Made by a program: the position numbers and the translations under genes
In this document: piece after piece, positions 8,466 to 17,007 of the stretch
Layout: each line of letters begins with the position of its first letter
How positions within the stretch are numbered: position 1 is the first letter of the stretch
The notes under the pieces: generated by a model
Databases searched by the model: none
What the model was told of the DNA's origin: nothing
What the model saw: the letters and a program-made list of their open reading frames with translations, nothing else
Source: an uncultured bacterium
GTDB taxonomy: Bacteria; Muiribacteriota; Ozemobacteria; Ozemobacterales; Ozemobacteraceae
Assembly (NCBI GenBank): GCA_964554555.1
Contig: CAZKPI010000001.1
Location: 4,178-38,350, forward strand
DNA: 34,173 nt
Direction: 5' to 3'

Positions 8466-9866
8466 ATGGCCTATCGAATGCGAATCTTTCTCGTTTCCTT
8501 ATTCCTCCTGCTCTCCATTCTGATCCTGGACTCTCCTGCCCGCGGTCGGGAAACTCAAGAAAAAGACTGGACCCTGGCGGTCTTTCTGAATGCCGACAAC
8601 GATCTGGCCCCCTTCGGGGAGGCGGACCTGCGGGAAATGGCCCAGATCGGTTCTTCCGACTGGCTGGACATCGTGGTGCTCCACGACCGGCCGGCCACCC
8701 CGACCGACCAGGGCACCACCCTCCTCAAACACGTGGAAAAGAACCACGTCAAAGTCATCGAAGACCTTGGGGAACGCGACATGGGTGACCCGCAAGAGCT
8801 GACGCGCTTCATGGAACGGGTGGTTCGGGAGTTTCCGGCCCGCCGGTATGCCCTGGTGGTATGGAATCACGGAGCAGGCTGGCGAAGGCAGGGCCCAGCC
8901 CGGCCGATGCGGGGAATTTCCTATGACGAGACGAATGGCACCCACATCACCACCGAGGGAATGGGTCAGGCCGTTCGTCACATCGCCAATCTTCTGCAAC
9001 GCCCCCTTGACGTGCTAATCTTCGACGCCTGCCTGATGCAGATGGCGGAGGTGGTCCATCCCTGCGCGGCCTCGCTCCGCTTCCTCGTTGCATCTGAGGA
9101 AACCGAACCAGGCAGCGGTGCTCCCTACAACGAGATCCTCCTCCGCTGGCGGCCTGACACCTCTCCTGAGGATCTGGCGCGCCTCTGGGTGAAAACCTTC
9201 GCCGATTCCTACTCGCAAGGCAGTCAGGGCAGTGCTTACACGACCCAATCGGCGCTCGATGCCTCCCGGTATCCCGCCTTCTTGCAAGCCCTGGATGCTT
9301 TCGCCGAGACGATCATTCAACAAAAGGCTTTCTCCGAGGTACTGCTGGCCCGACGGCGATGCCTCGCCTTCGCCGACCGGCAGAGTATCGACCTGCTCGA
9401 CTTCGTCGACAAGGTCCTCTCGGTATCCACCAGGCCCGAGGTGATCGCGGCGGGAGAACGACTCCGCGCGGCCGGCCGTGACCTGATCACTGCCAACGCC
9501 ACCACCGGATGGGCCTACCAGGAGGCGAAGGGGTTGGCCATCTACCTCCCGATGACCTTCCTGCCCGAACCCGCCTACCGGGCCTTGTCCTTCGCCAAAT
9601 CCAGCCGATGGACCGCCATGATGTCAGCCATCTTCGCGGGACGCCACCTCGAAACCCTCCTCGACGATCTCCGGGCCGGCCGGGAAACGATCGACACGTT
9701 CCTGGCCGAGGCCGCCAACCAGTCCCCCGCCGTCGAGTCCCTGATGCTCGATCAGGTTTCCCATGCGGTCCTGACCGATGACCGCCTCCCGCCCGCCCTG
9801 CGCAACGAGATCGGGGAAAGGCTCGCCCAGGTCCGGTTCCTGCGGGCCGCCAGCCCACCCCGCTGA
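8466..9866 (+). CDS. Secreted clostripain-family (MEROPS C11) cysteine peptidase, 466 aa
   Basis: AAGGAG lies 6 nt upstream of ATG 8466. The signal peptide is MAYRMRIFLVSLFLLLSILILDSPA. C11 hallmarks are present: WTLAVFLNADNDL, the catalytic-His motif LVVWNHGAGW and the catalytic-Cys motif VLIFDACLMQMAEV, followed by LVASEETEPG. Confidence 0.85.
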   Translation: MAYRMRIFLVSLFLLLSILILDSPARGRETQEKDWTLAVFLNADNDLAPFGEADLREMAQIGSSDWLDIVVLHDRPATPTDQGTTLLKHVEKNHVKVIEDLGERDMGDPQELTRFMERVVREFPARRYALVVWNHGAGWRRQGPARPMRGISYDETNGTHITTEGMGQAVRHIANLLQRPLDVLIFDACLMQMAEVVHPCAASLRFLVASEETEPGSGAPYNEILLRWRPDTSPEDLARLWVKTFADSYSQGSQGSAYTTQSALDASRYPAFLQALDAFAETIIQQKAFSEVLLARRRCLAFADRQSIDLLDFVDKVLSVSTRPEVIAAGERLRAAGRDLITANATTGWAYQEAKGLAIYLPMTFLPEPAYRALSFAKSSRWTAMMSAIFAGRHLETLLDDLRAGRETIDTFLAEAANQSPAVESLMLDQVSHAVLTDDRLPPALRNEIGERLAQVRFLRAASPPR

Positions 9867-9880
9867 GACACCCCTGGTGA

Positions 9881-9910
9881 CCGGCAGGCACCGCTGAAAG
9901 TGCCTGCCGG
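9881..9910. terminator. Perfect 11-bp hairpin between convergent genes (candidate bidirectional terminator)
   Basis: CCGGCAGGCAC (9881-9891), loop CGCTGAAA, GTGCCTGCCGG (9900-9910). It lies 15 nt after the peptidase stop and 90 nt after the stop of the minus-strand gene ending at 10000. There is no U-tract on either side. Confidence 0.45.
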
Positions 9911-9999
9911 CCGTCTCCCCAGGACGACAGCAAGATGACCGGCCATGGTCCTCAGGAGCGGATCGGAGAGAGGGGCGGAAGGGGTTTCAACCCCCGACT

Positions 10000-11412
10000 T
10001 CACGGGGTGGCGGCTCCACCCCTTCCCCACCGGGATTTGATGAACAGTTCGATCTTGGCCATGTCTTCATCAAGAACCCGGCAAATCAGTTCCAGGGTGG
10101 GATACCTCTGAATGAGATCCCGGACCTTTCCCAGGGTGTCCCGCTCATGGGAAAGAAACCGATGCAGTGCGGGATCACGACCAACCGAACGGGCCCGGAG
10201 ACCATCGAGGAACTCCTCGTACTCAGCGATCCCCTTTGGATGGGTCTGCATGACCGCCAACACCCGGAACAGGTCCAGGAGACGGAACAGGTCTTCGTAA
10301 TTCCGCTTCAACCCGACCTCGGCAATAATCTCCGGATCGAGGAGGCGCAGTCCAGTGGCCCTTCCGTAGATGAGGCCAGACACAAAGTTCTCCCGGGCCG
10401 TTCGCAGTTGCCGGATGCCCCGGCCGACAAGAGAGCTTCGGGGCCAGAGGACGGGCCCCAGATGATCCTGGTCAAATTTCCCAATGGCCTCGATCGCCAG
10501 CGGCTCGAGATTGAACAACACGAAGAAGGAATACCGGGAGACCTCCAGGTATTTCTCCATCAGTTCCTCATAGTAGGCGTGTCGAACGGAGGGCGGTTCC
10601 TTGCCCATGGCCGTCCGTTTGGCCTCCAAGGCCTGGATCTCCTTCAGAAGGGCTCCGATGCCGGTCGTGCCGAGAAAGATCCGCATGACATAGTTCACTT
10701 TGCCGAGGGCCGCCAACAATTGGGGATCAGCCCCATGGGCGGCGGCGAGGTCGGCCAGAGAGCGGGTGTCATCCTCGAAGAAATCCCGGCACGTCTCCTT
10801 CTCGACGATCCCCTCATCGAGCTTCATGGCCAGATCGACCTGCTTGGGGCCGACCGGAGAGGCGAACAGGCACGGCAGGCGATAGTATCCCGCCCCCGTC
10901 CTCGCCGGCCAGGACCACTCGACCCCAGCCAGCCACAGATGGCGGTTTTCCCCCGGGTCGGCCGGCGGGGCTTCCCTGGTGGCCACGACCTTTACCTGAA
11001 AGGATGCCACCTGCAAAAACAACGGCATCATCCCGCGATCGATTCCCCCATCAATTCTGGGATCGATCTGCCGCCAGGGTTCCCGCCGGTCCTCGAGGGA
11101 AGAGAAAAAGACCGAGGCCCCTTCGGTGATCCGGCTGGAGGTGGACCCCGCCTGGTCGATCCCGAGGATGGGAAATCCTGCCACGGGATCGATCAGGTTC
11201 TCCTGGGTGAGGTCCTGCATCACCTTCTGGGACAGGACGATGGCGGTGAAGTGTTCGGCGCTGAAGGCCAGCTCACGGCGGGTCGATTGCATCAGCCGGG
11301 AAAAGATGGTCCCCACCATGGCCACGACAAACAATCCGATCAGGATCTCGAGCAGGGACAGACCCTGGCTCCAATCCCGGCGGGCATGGCCGCGCTCCCT
11401 TCGTCGGGTCAT
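10000..11412 (-). CDS. Oversized pseudopilin-like protein with a prepilin-type signal peptide, 470 aa (last gene of the minus-strand array)
   Basis: ATG 11412 forms an ATGA overlap with the stop of the 405-aa gene. MTRRRERGHARRDWSQG|LSLLEILIGLFVVAMVGTIFSRLM has E at +5. It is a paralogue of 226-1674. The track ORF extension to 11598 would overlap the upstream gene by 190 nt, so I rejected it. Confidence 0.8.
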   Translation of the reverse strand: MTRRRERGHARRDWSQGLSLLEILIGLFVVAMVGTIFSRLMQSTRRELAFSAEHFTAIVLSQKVMQDLTQENLIDPVAGFPILGIDQAGSTSSRITEGASVFFSSLEDRREPWRQIDPRIDGGIDRGMMPLFLQVASFQVKVVATREAPPADPGENRHLWLAGVEWSWPARTGAGYYRLPCLFASPVGPKQVDLAMKLDEGIVEKETCRDFFEDDTRSLADLAAAHGADPQLLAALGKVNYVMRIFLGTTGIGALLKEIQALEAKRTAMGKEPPSVRHAYYEELMEKYLEVSRYSFFVLFNLEPLAIEAIGKFDQDHLGPVLWPRSSLVGRGIRQLRTARENFVSGLIYGRATGLRLLDPEIIAEVGLKRNYEDLFRLLDLFRVLAVMQTHPKGIAEYEEFLDGLRARSVGRDPALHRFLSHERDTLGKVRDLIQRYPTLELICRVLDEDMAKIELFIKSRWGRGGAATP

Positions 11413-12626
11413 TCCATCTCCACTCGCTTGACCTTCAGCTCGGTAAACTGGCTTCCCGCAAAGGTGATCCGGATCTCGTTCTTCTGGCCATCCTCGAAGG
11501 CATCCGCCGGAAGGACGAAATCCTGGAAGGCGGAAGTATTGGCGATCAGCTTGTCTGTCCAGTAGGGGGTGCCATTGATCGACAGGTTGATCCGGCATTG
11601 GGATTCCCCACTGCCATCCGGGGCGGCAGCCATCGTCAGCTTCACGTCATGTTTGTTGGGAACGCGAAAGACCCCAAACGAGTCCGACTCGGACATCCGG
11701 AAATATGGGCCAAGCGCGGGATCGCCCGAATACAGGGCGAAATTCTTGCCATCGGCGCCCATCCCTCCTCCGGCCGTGGGCGGGAAGGTGGTCAAATCGA
11801 CAAACCCCGCGGGAGGCGGAACCGCCGGCGGGGGGGTGGGCGGACTTGCCACCGCGGGCGGAGCGGAGGGTGGATCCGGCGGGTCAGGGACGGCGGGGGG
11901 CGGAGGGGCAGGAGGGTCGGGCAGGGACGGGGCCCCGGGAGTCCGGGCCCCGACCAGATCGATGATGTCCTGGACCTTGGCGGCGGCAGCAATCCTCTTC
12001 CGCTTGTCCGCCGCTTTTGGGCGATTGGCGGCCCGGGTGGCCAGCACCTGGTTCACCCGGGTGCGCATGCTCCCGGACGATCCGACCGGCATGTGGTACG
12101 GTTCGAAGGAACCAAAAAAGAGGGTCCGGATCCGGTTTCCGATATCAAGAATGTCATCGCGAACAGCCACCCGCCACAAGTAGAGTCGGGAAAATCCCAG
12201 GAAACTGGACCGGATGTAGATGTCCGCCTGCCGGGCCTTGCCGGAGTCCTCCACGAAACTATCATACTCCCCGCCGAACAGGGGCACCCCGTTCTCCTGG
12301 ACGGGCCCGTCCTTGAAATACCGGTCGGCCCAGGGCCGGAGGTAGATCCGGGCCAGGATCCGCGAATAGGCCGAATAGGCGATGGTGAAGGTCATTTCCC
12401 GTTTGTTGACCAGCTCGACCTGTCCACGATAACTCCGATTCAGGCCCGTGAAGGTGACCACCATGAACCCCACCACCACCGCCGCCAGGATGGCCAGGGG
12501 AAGGACCAGACCCCGACGCGGCAGGACCCGGCACAGGCCGCTGGGATACCCGGGCCGGCGCTTCCGGCGACACGCGTTGGCGGGCTCCCTCGGAGCCATC
12601 GCAGGCATTCGTCCGTTACTCCACAT
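11409..12626 (-). CDS. Membrane-anchored protein with a proline-rich linker and a C-terminal beta-rich domain (405 aa), GspK/PilX-like N-terminus
   Basis: Basic leader plus RRGLVLPLAILAAVVVGFMVVTF, with no Glu+5. The linker is PGAPSLPDPPAPPPPAVPDPPDPPSAPPAVASPPTPPPAVPPPAG. The C-terminal domain of about 130 aa ends NEIRITFAGSQFTELKVKRVEME. ATG confirmed at 12626; alternative ATGs at 12608 and 12599. Confidence 0.7.
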   Translation of the reverse strand: MWSNGRMPAMAPREPANACRRKRRPGYPSGLCRVLPRRGLVLPLAILAAVVVGFMVVTFTGLNRSYRGQVELVNKREMTFTIAYSAYSRILARIYLRPWADRYFKDGPVQENGVPLFGGEYDSFVEDSGKARQADIYIRSSFLGFSRLYLWRVAVRDDILDIGNRIRTLFFGSFEPYHMPVGSSGSMRTRVNQVLATRAANRPKAADKRKRIAAAAKVQDIIDLVGARTPGAPSLPDPPAPPPPAVPDPPDPPSAPPAVASPPTPPPAVPPPAGFVDLTTFPPTAGGGMGADGKNFALYSGDPALGPYFRMSESDSFGVFRVPNKHDVKLTMAAAPDGSGESQCRINLSINGTPYWTDKLIANTSAFQDFVLPADAFEDGQKNEIRITFAGSQFTELKVKRVEME

Positions 12627-13197
12627 CGGTCAGGTTCATCAGGCCCACATGGGTCAGAAACTGGTAACTGCTGTGCGCGTTGGCCACGGTTGCATTGACC
12701 AGCACCCCGAAGGGACTGACGCAGGTGAACGTCAGGCGCTCGAGCGAATCAGCCAGCACCTTCTCGGCGGTTGGGTCATGTCGGCCGAGATGGCGGTCGG
12801 TGTAGAAAACCAGCCGGTACAGCTTCTTCTTCGTCGACTTGGAGTGGGCCACGTCGTCTTCGAGATACAGCAGGCAGATGTTGTTCTCCGCATCGGTGCA
12901 GGCCAGGAAGTTGGTGGTCTCCCCCGGGGTCGGCCGAAGCACTTCGCTCCCTTCACGAAGATGCTCAACGATCTGGTCGGCCGCTTTCCGGGATTCCATC
13001 TGCAAGACCAGCCGGTTGGTCAATTGCCGCTCGGTGGAATGGAACAGGGTGGTGGAAAACCGCACGGCCAGGGCAAGCACGAAGGACAGGATGGCGGCAC
13101 CGACCATCATTTCGACCAGGGTGAACGCCCGGGAATGGTGAGGTGTCATATCTCTCTCTACTGTCCAACGGTCGAAAGGGTTTACCCTTCTCGACAT
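12616..13197 (-). CDS. Pseudopilin (prepilin-type signal, Ala at -1), 193 aa; candidate major subunit of cassette 2
   Basis: HHSRA|FTLVEMMVGAAILSFVLALAVRF has E at +5. The start is ATG 13197 (24-aa leader, consistent with the long leaders of the other pseudopilins here) or ATG 13149 (8-aa leader). It has no counterpart in cassettes 1 or 3. Confidence 0.8.
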   Translation of the reverse strand: MSRRVNPFDRWTVERDMTPHHSRAFTLVEMMVGAAILSFVLALAVRFSTTLFHSTERQLTNRLVLQMESRKAADQIVEHLREGSEVLRPTPGETTNFLACTDAENNICLLYLEDDVAHSKSTKKKLYRLVFYTDRHLGRHDPTAEKVLADSLERLTFTCVSPFGVLVNATVANAHSSYQFLTHVGLMNLTDVE

Positions 13198-13220
13198 CTT
13201 CCGCCATCATTACCATGGTA

Positions 13221-13886
13221 TCACGGAGGAGGCGAGGTCAGGACGGGCCAGTCGGTCCCGGGCAGGCGGTTGGGCACCAGAACATGCCGGAAATTCAGTC
13301 GACTGCCGGGGAACCGCGGATCATTGGTATCGAGAACCAGATTCAGAAAAACCAGGTCGGCCGCCAGGGGGACCGTCCCGGCACGGAAGGCCCGGACGGC
13401 ATGGCAGAGTTCGAACGTCCGAATCCGGGGAATGCCAAACCGTTCCGACTGCCGCCCGCTTTCGGGCGATTCCACGATTCGCTCAACCCAGGAGCTTCCA
13501 CCCCCGGGTGCCTGTTCCTGGCGATAGGTGACCCGCCGCTTCCCCGTCTGAAAGGTCAATTGGGGGGAAAACACCGCCTCGTCGGGAAGCTGGTCTTCTT
13601 CCTCATACAGAATCAGCGGCGGACCTGTTCCCTGGATGGCGGTGCAATTGGCCAGGTCCTCCTTCATCCGGGCCAACAGAATGGTCACGGCCCGGATCGA
13701 GTCAAGCCGATCCTTCCCTTTTACCGTGGTACGGACCCCGTGCGAGAAGAAGGCAAAGAGGGTCAACAGAACCATCGACACCAGGCAGACGACGATGACG
13801 ATCTCCGGGAAGGTGAACCCGGCCGGCGGGGGTCTTCTTCCCGGGAATCTCTGAGCCTGACCTGACCCGGTGACTCCTGCGGTCAT
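13221..13886 (-). CDS. Pseudopilin (prepilin-type signal), GspJ-size class, cassette 2 (221 aa)
   Basis: PPPAG|FTFPEIVIVVCLVSMVLLTLFAFF has E at +5. It has an ATGA overlap at 13883-13886. It is a paralogue of 7499-8152 and 30137-30832. Confidence 0.85.
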   Translation of the reverse strand: MTAGVTGSGQAQRFPGRRPPPAGFTFPEIVIVVCLVSMVLLTLFAFFSHGVRTTVKGKDRLDSIRAVTILLARMKEDLANCTAIQGTGPPLILYEEEDQLPDEAVFSPQLTFQTGKRRVTYRQEQAPGGGSSWVERIVESPESGRQSERFGIPRIRTFELCHAVRAFRAGTVPLAADLVFLNLVLDTNDPRFPGSRLNFRHVLVPNRLPGTDWPVLTSPPP

Positions 13887-14467
13887 GGGGCGCCCATGAG
13901 GATCGGGAAAACGGCCGTCTTTGCCCCGCCATCAGGTGTTTCCTTCCAGGACAGGACGAGATTGATCTTCAGGGCAGGGGGAACGGCCAGCAGTTCGACC
14001 TGATCGGAGGCCAGCGCCTCAACCTTGATGGTGCGGCCAATGAAATGCTCGTCCAGGGGTGAAACCGCCAGGAATCCTTCCAGGGGCTTTCCGGCATACC
14101 GGAACCGGATCACCCGGAAAGTGGAGGCGGGAGCCTGCAGTTCCGCCAGGAAGGTTGGGTCGGTCAACACTTCGGCCAGGGTCGGAATGCGGCCGGTGTT
14201 GGAATCCCGGGCCGCCGCCAGGAGTTGATCGAGATGGGGAGCAAGCCGCTGAAGCTGTTGGGCCATCTCGTCGGCATAGTGCATGGCCAGCAGGTAGTAC
14301 ATCGAGACATTGGCTTTCTGGTTCGACGAACTCAGCATCCCCACGAGGGGCCCAAGAACAAGCCCCAGCAGGAAAAGGGCAACCATCACCTCGACCACGG
14401 TCACCGCCCGATAGGCTCGCCGCCTGAGGATCCCAACGCCGCCACGGCATTTCTCGGGCGGGGTCAT
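13883..14467 (-). CDS. Pseudopilin (prepilin-type signal, Ala at -1), GspI-size class, cassette 2 (194 aa)
   Basis: RRRAYRA|VTVVEVMVALFLLGLVLGPLVGML has E at +5. It has an ATGA overlap at 14464-14467 with the 846-aa gene. It is a paralogue of 6921-7502 and 32207-32734. Confidence 0.8.
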   Translation of the reverse strand: MTPPEKCRGGVGILRRRAYRAVTVVEVMVALFLLGLVLGPLVGMLSSSNQKANVSMYYLLAMHYADEMAQQLQRLAPHLDQLLAAARDSNTGRIPTLAEVLTDPTFLAELQAPASTFRVIRFRYAGKPLEGFLAVSPLDEHFIGRTIKVEALASDQVELLAVPPALKINLVLSWKETPDGGAKTAVFPILMGAP

Positions 14468-17004
14468 CCCCCTCCCCCGCGAAAGGTGATGGAGATGGGC
14501 TTGTCCGCCAGCACAACCCGTCGGGACTCGACATAGGAAGGTTCGCTGGGGTTGAAGCGGGGGTTGTAGGTGATGATGCCGCCGTTGGGGAAGTGTTCCA
14601 TCGTTGTCCCGCAGGAGCGCGGATCCTCGTCCTGGTTAGGATACAAACCCATCTCCCAAACCGCCAGTCCTCCGGTGATCGACAAGGGGGCGGCATGAGG
14701 ACGGGACAGGGCCAGCAACCGCCCCCCCCCCGGGCCAAACCCGCCGCCTTCCACACCAATCCCGGGCTTGAGAGCGACCAGGTAGGCCTGAACATCGGCG
14801 GCGGCCGGCCCCAGGTAGAGATCTCCGTCAAGGACCAGAAGCGAACACAGATGAGGTGAGACCGGGGCCCCGCCCGCCCCGATACTGGCCGGAACTACCA
14901 GATCGCCGTGGTCCACCACGATGATCAGGGAACGGTCGAGATGAAGGCGCCCCGGGAGAGACAACCGCACCCCCCGCGCTACCGCCTGCTTCGAACGCTG
15001 AACCAGGAAAATCCCCGTGCGGCGTGGAATCCACCACCCTACCCCGCACGGATCCGCCGCGGTGGATGGCCGGAACAGGCGGTCCCGAAGCCGATCGCTT
15101 TCCCCGGTTTCCAGATCCGCCGCCGGCAGGCCGGTCAGATCGAGGATATGGGTGATCCGCCGAAGGATTCCGTCCCGCGTCACCTGGTAATCCTTCAAAT
15201 TTCCCCGGAAATAGCGGGCCTCCGGGGTGTCATCCCCCACCCCGGGCGTGGGCGGCAACAGGATCCGCACATCCTCGGAAGGATGCAGGCCGGGGATGCC
15301 CCCGCCGGCCCCCCCCAACCGCATGGAAGCCGCGAAGGGAACACAACGGGGATCCTGATCATACCGCGCCTCGCTGACCGAGGGTGCTCCCTCCAGGGTC
15401 GGGAACGGCTTCTTGGGATCCCGGCCCGTGGTGTAGTTCATGAAATCGAACAGGCGGTTGAAGGCCATTCCCGGGAACACCCGGACCGCCCCCGACACAG
15501 GCAAGGTGCTGAAGGGGGCCACCAGCTTGAGGCTTTCATACCCCGCCAGCGGATCAGGCATGGGAGGCTGGAGAAACAGTGCCTGATTGATGAACTCTTC
15601 GGGAAACCGCCCCCCCGGCGCCACGCTCACATCCGCACGGGGATCGTAGAATTCCTGGGCCTGCGGACCGCGGAAGAACCCCCCCCAACGGGCGCCATCC
15701 CGCCCCGCGCCGCGGGCGAAAAAGGCTTTCAGCAGTCCCCCCAAAACCGGGCCGATGATCAGCGTCCGAGAGGGGTGGGCCTGGTGACCGTAGGGGAACA
15801 ACCAGGTCGAGGCACACAGGAAACGCCACCGCGAGGACCAGCGGACACCCTCCGGCCAGAGTTCGGGCCACATTTCGAAGGCCGCCGCTCCCATGTGGCT
15901 CAGACTGCCGAACTGGGAATGGGTGAAGTAGCCGAACAGCTTGGCGCCAAGCGTGTATGGCTCCCAGCCTTCCGTCCGGAACTCTTTCGGGTCCTCGATG
16001 ATTTCGGGAGGACTGTCATTCATGCCTGCAGAGGTCCGGATGGGGGGGAGATGGAAATGGAACTGGCCCCCGGTCTGGGGGTCGTACCCGTTCGGGATCT
16101 TCAGGATGACCGGCCCCGATCGCGGCCGGCCGGCGATGGGAGCAGGTCCCAGAAAAACCCAGCCGCGGGTGCGAAGGTCGGCGGCATCGTCGGGGCTTTG
16201 GCTGGGCAGGCCGGGAGTGGGCGAGTTCCGCAAGACCAGCGGCCCGCCGAAGGTCTGACGCCGGGGAATCGGATGCTGATAGGTGGTATCGACCACCCCG
16301 TTGAACCTCACCCCCACCGCGTTGTAGGCGTGATCCCAAGGGGTGAAGGGGACAAACAGAGTGAATCGGCAGTAGGGGCCGGGAACCATGCTCACCAGCT
16401 TGAAGGGAAATGTTCCCTCCGCCCGGCGGACGACCCCGTGGTACTCAACCAGGCAGACAATGTCCACTTCCCCTTCCTTCTCCACCGGATCGCGGGCCAC
16501 CTGGATTTCCGGCACAGGGGTCAATGGGGCGATCGTCCGAAAACGGATCTCCACCCCTGTGCATTCGGGGGTTCGGGGGGTCAAACCGTCCAGGTAATGC
16601 AATTCGCCGAGCTGGGCGAAATACCGGTTCAGATCCTCCTGGAATTGCCCGGCAAGAGCAGGGCCCACGACAACCGTGGCCGGCGCGTTGGCCTGGAAGA
16701 GGCCGGCCACTTCTGCCCGGAGGCGGGGCTCGAGATCGCTTCCCACCCGACGGGCAATCAGAGCGATACCTGACTGGCCCAAATGATCGGCCGTCCGCAC
16801 CAGCAGTTCGTGGTAGGCACGAAGGTTCTGGCTCCGGACCATGGCATGGAAGGAGGTGATGAACACCCCCAACAGCAGGAACACCAATCCCGCGACCCAC
16901 AGGATGAATCCCAGCCTCGACTTGGAGCGATCGACGACCAGCAGGAACAGCGAGAGTCCCAAACGGGTCCTGCTTCCCCGATCAGAGGATGGGTGAAGGG
17001 GCAT
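14464..17004 (-). CDS. Large N-terminally anchored protein, cassette 2 (846 aa); same unrecognised family as 4486-6951
   Basis: N-terminal anchor LGFILWVAGLVFLLLGVFITSF. Shared blocks are ARDPVEKEGE, LVSMVPGPYCRFTLFVPFTPW, GWVFLGPAP, TGGQFHFHLPP, CASTWLFPYGHQAHPSRTLIIGPVLGGLLK, AFNRLFDFMNY, DPRCVP, GLHPSEDVRI and GTTMEHFPNGGIITYNPRFNPSEPSY. Confidence 0.85.
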   Translation of the reverse strand: MPLHPSSDRGSRTRLGLSLFLLVVDRSKSRLGFILWVAGLVFLLLGVFITSFHAMVRSQNLRAYHELLVRTADHLGQSGIALIARRVGSDLEPRLRAEVAGLFQANAPATVVVGPALAGQFQEDLNRYFAQLGELHYLDGLTPRTPECTGVEIRFRTIAPLTPVPEIQVARDPVEKEGEVDIVCLVEYHGVVRRAEGTFPFKLVSMVPGPYCRFTLFVPFTPWDHAYNAVGVRFNGVVDTTYQHPIPRRQTFGGPLVLRNSPTPGLPSQSPDDAADLRTRGWVFLGPAPIAGRPRSGPVILKIPNGYDPQTGGQFHFHLPPIRTSAGMNDSPPEIIEDPKEFRTEGWEPYTLGAKLFGYFTHSQFGSLSHMGAAAFEMWPELWPEGVRWSSRWRFLCASTWLFPYGHQAHPSRTLIIGPVLGGLLKAFFARGAGRDGARWGGFFRGPQAQEFYDPRADVSVAPGGRFPEEFINQALFLQPPMPDPLAGYESLKLVAPFSTLPVSGAVRVFPGMAFNRLFDFMNYTTGRDPKKPFPTLEGAPSVSEARYDQDPRCVPFAASMRLGGAGGGIPGLHPSEDVRILLPPTPGVGDDTPEARYFRGNLKDYQVTRDGILRRITHILDLTGLPAADLETGESDRLRDRLFRPSTAADPCGVGWWIPRRTGIFLVQRSKQAVARGVRLSLPGRLHLDRSLIIVVDHGDLVVPASIGAGGAPVSPHLCSLLVLDGDLYLGPAAADVQAYLVALKPGIGVEGGGFGPGGGRLLALSRPHAAPLSITGGLAVWEMGLYPNQDEDPRSCGTTMEHFPNGGIITYNPRFNPSEPSYVESRRVVLADKPISITFRGGGG

Positions 17005-17007
17005 CGG

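Noticed and set aside
11413-11598. N-terminal 62-codon extension of the 532-aa track ORF
   Set aside because: It would overlap the upstream 405-aa gene by about 190 nt. The internal ATG at 11412 gives an ATGA coupling and a normal leader before the G|LSLLE prepilin motif.
11790-11960. Apparent DNA-level repetitiveness (GGCGG/GGGGG runs), considered as a tandem repeat or CRISPR-like element
   Set aside because: This is the coding sequence of the proline-rich linker (CCN codons on the minus strand). It has no regular repeat-spacer periodicity.
13171-13195. Stem-loop GTCGAAAGGG-TTTA-CCCTTCTCGAC upstream of the internal ATG 13149
   Set aside because: If the gene starts at ATG 13197 the structure lies inside the leader-peptide coding region. 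The stem has a bulge and no U-tract, so this is too weak to call a regulatory element.
14908-16773. 621-aa plus-strand ORF antisense to the 846-aa gene
   Set aside because: The composition is low-complexity and R/G/P-rich. The minus-strand product is conserved in three paralogues, and this frame is not.
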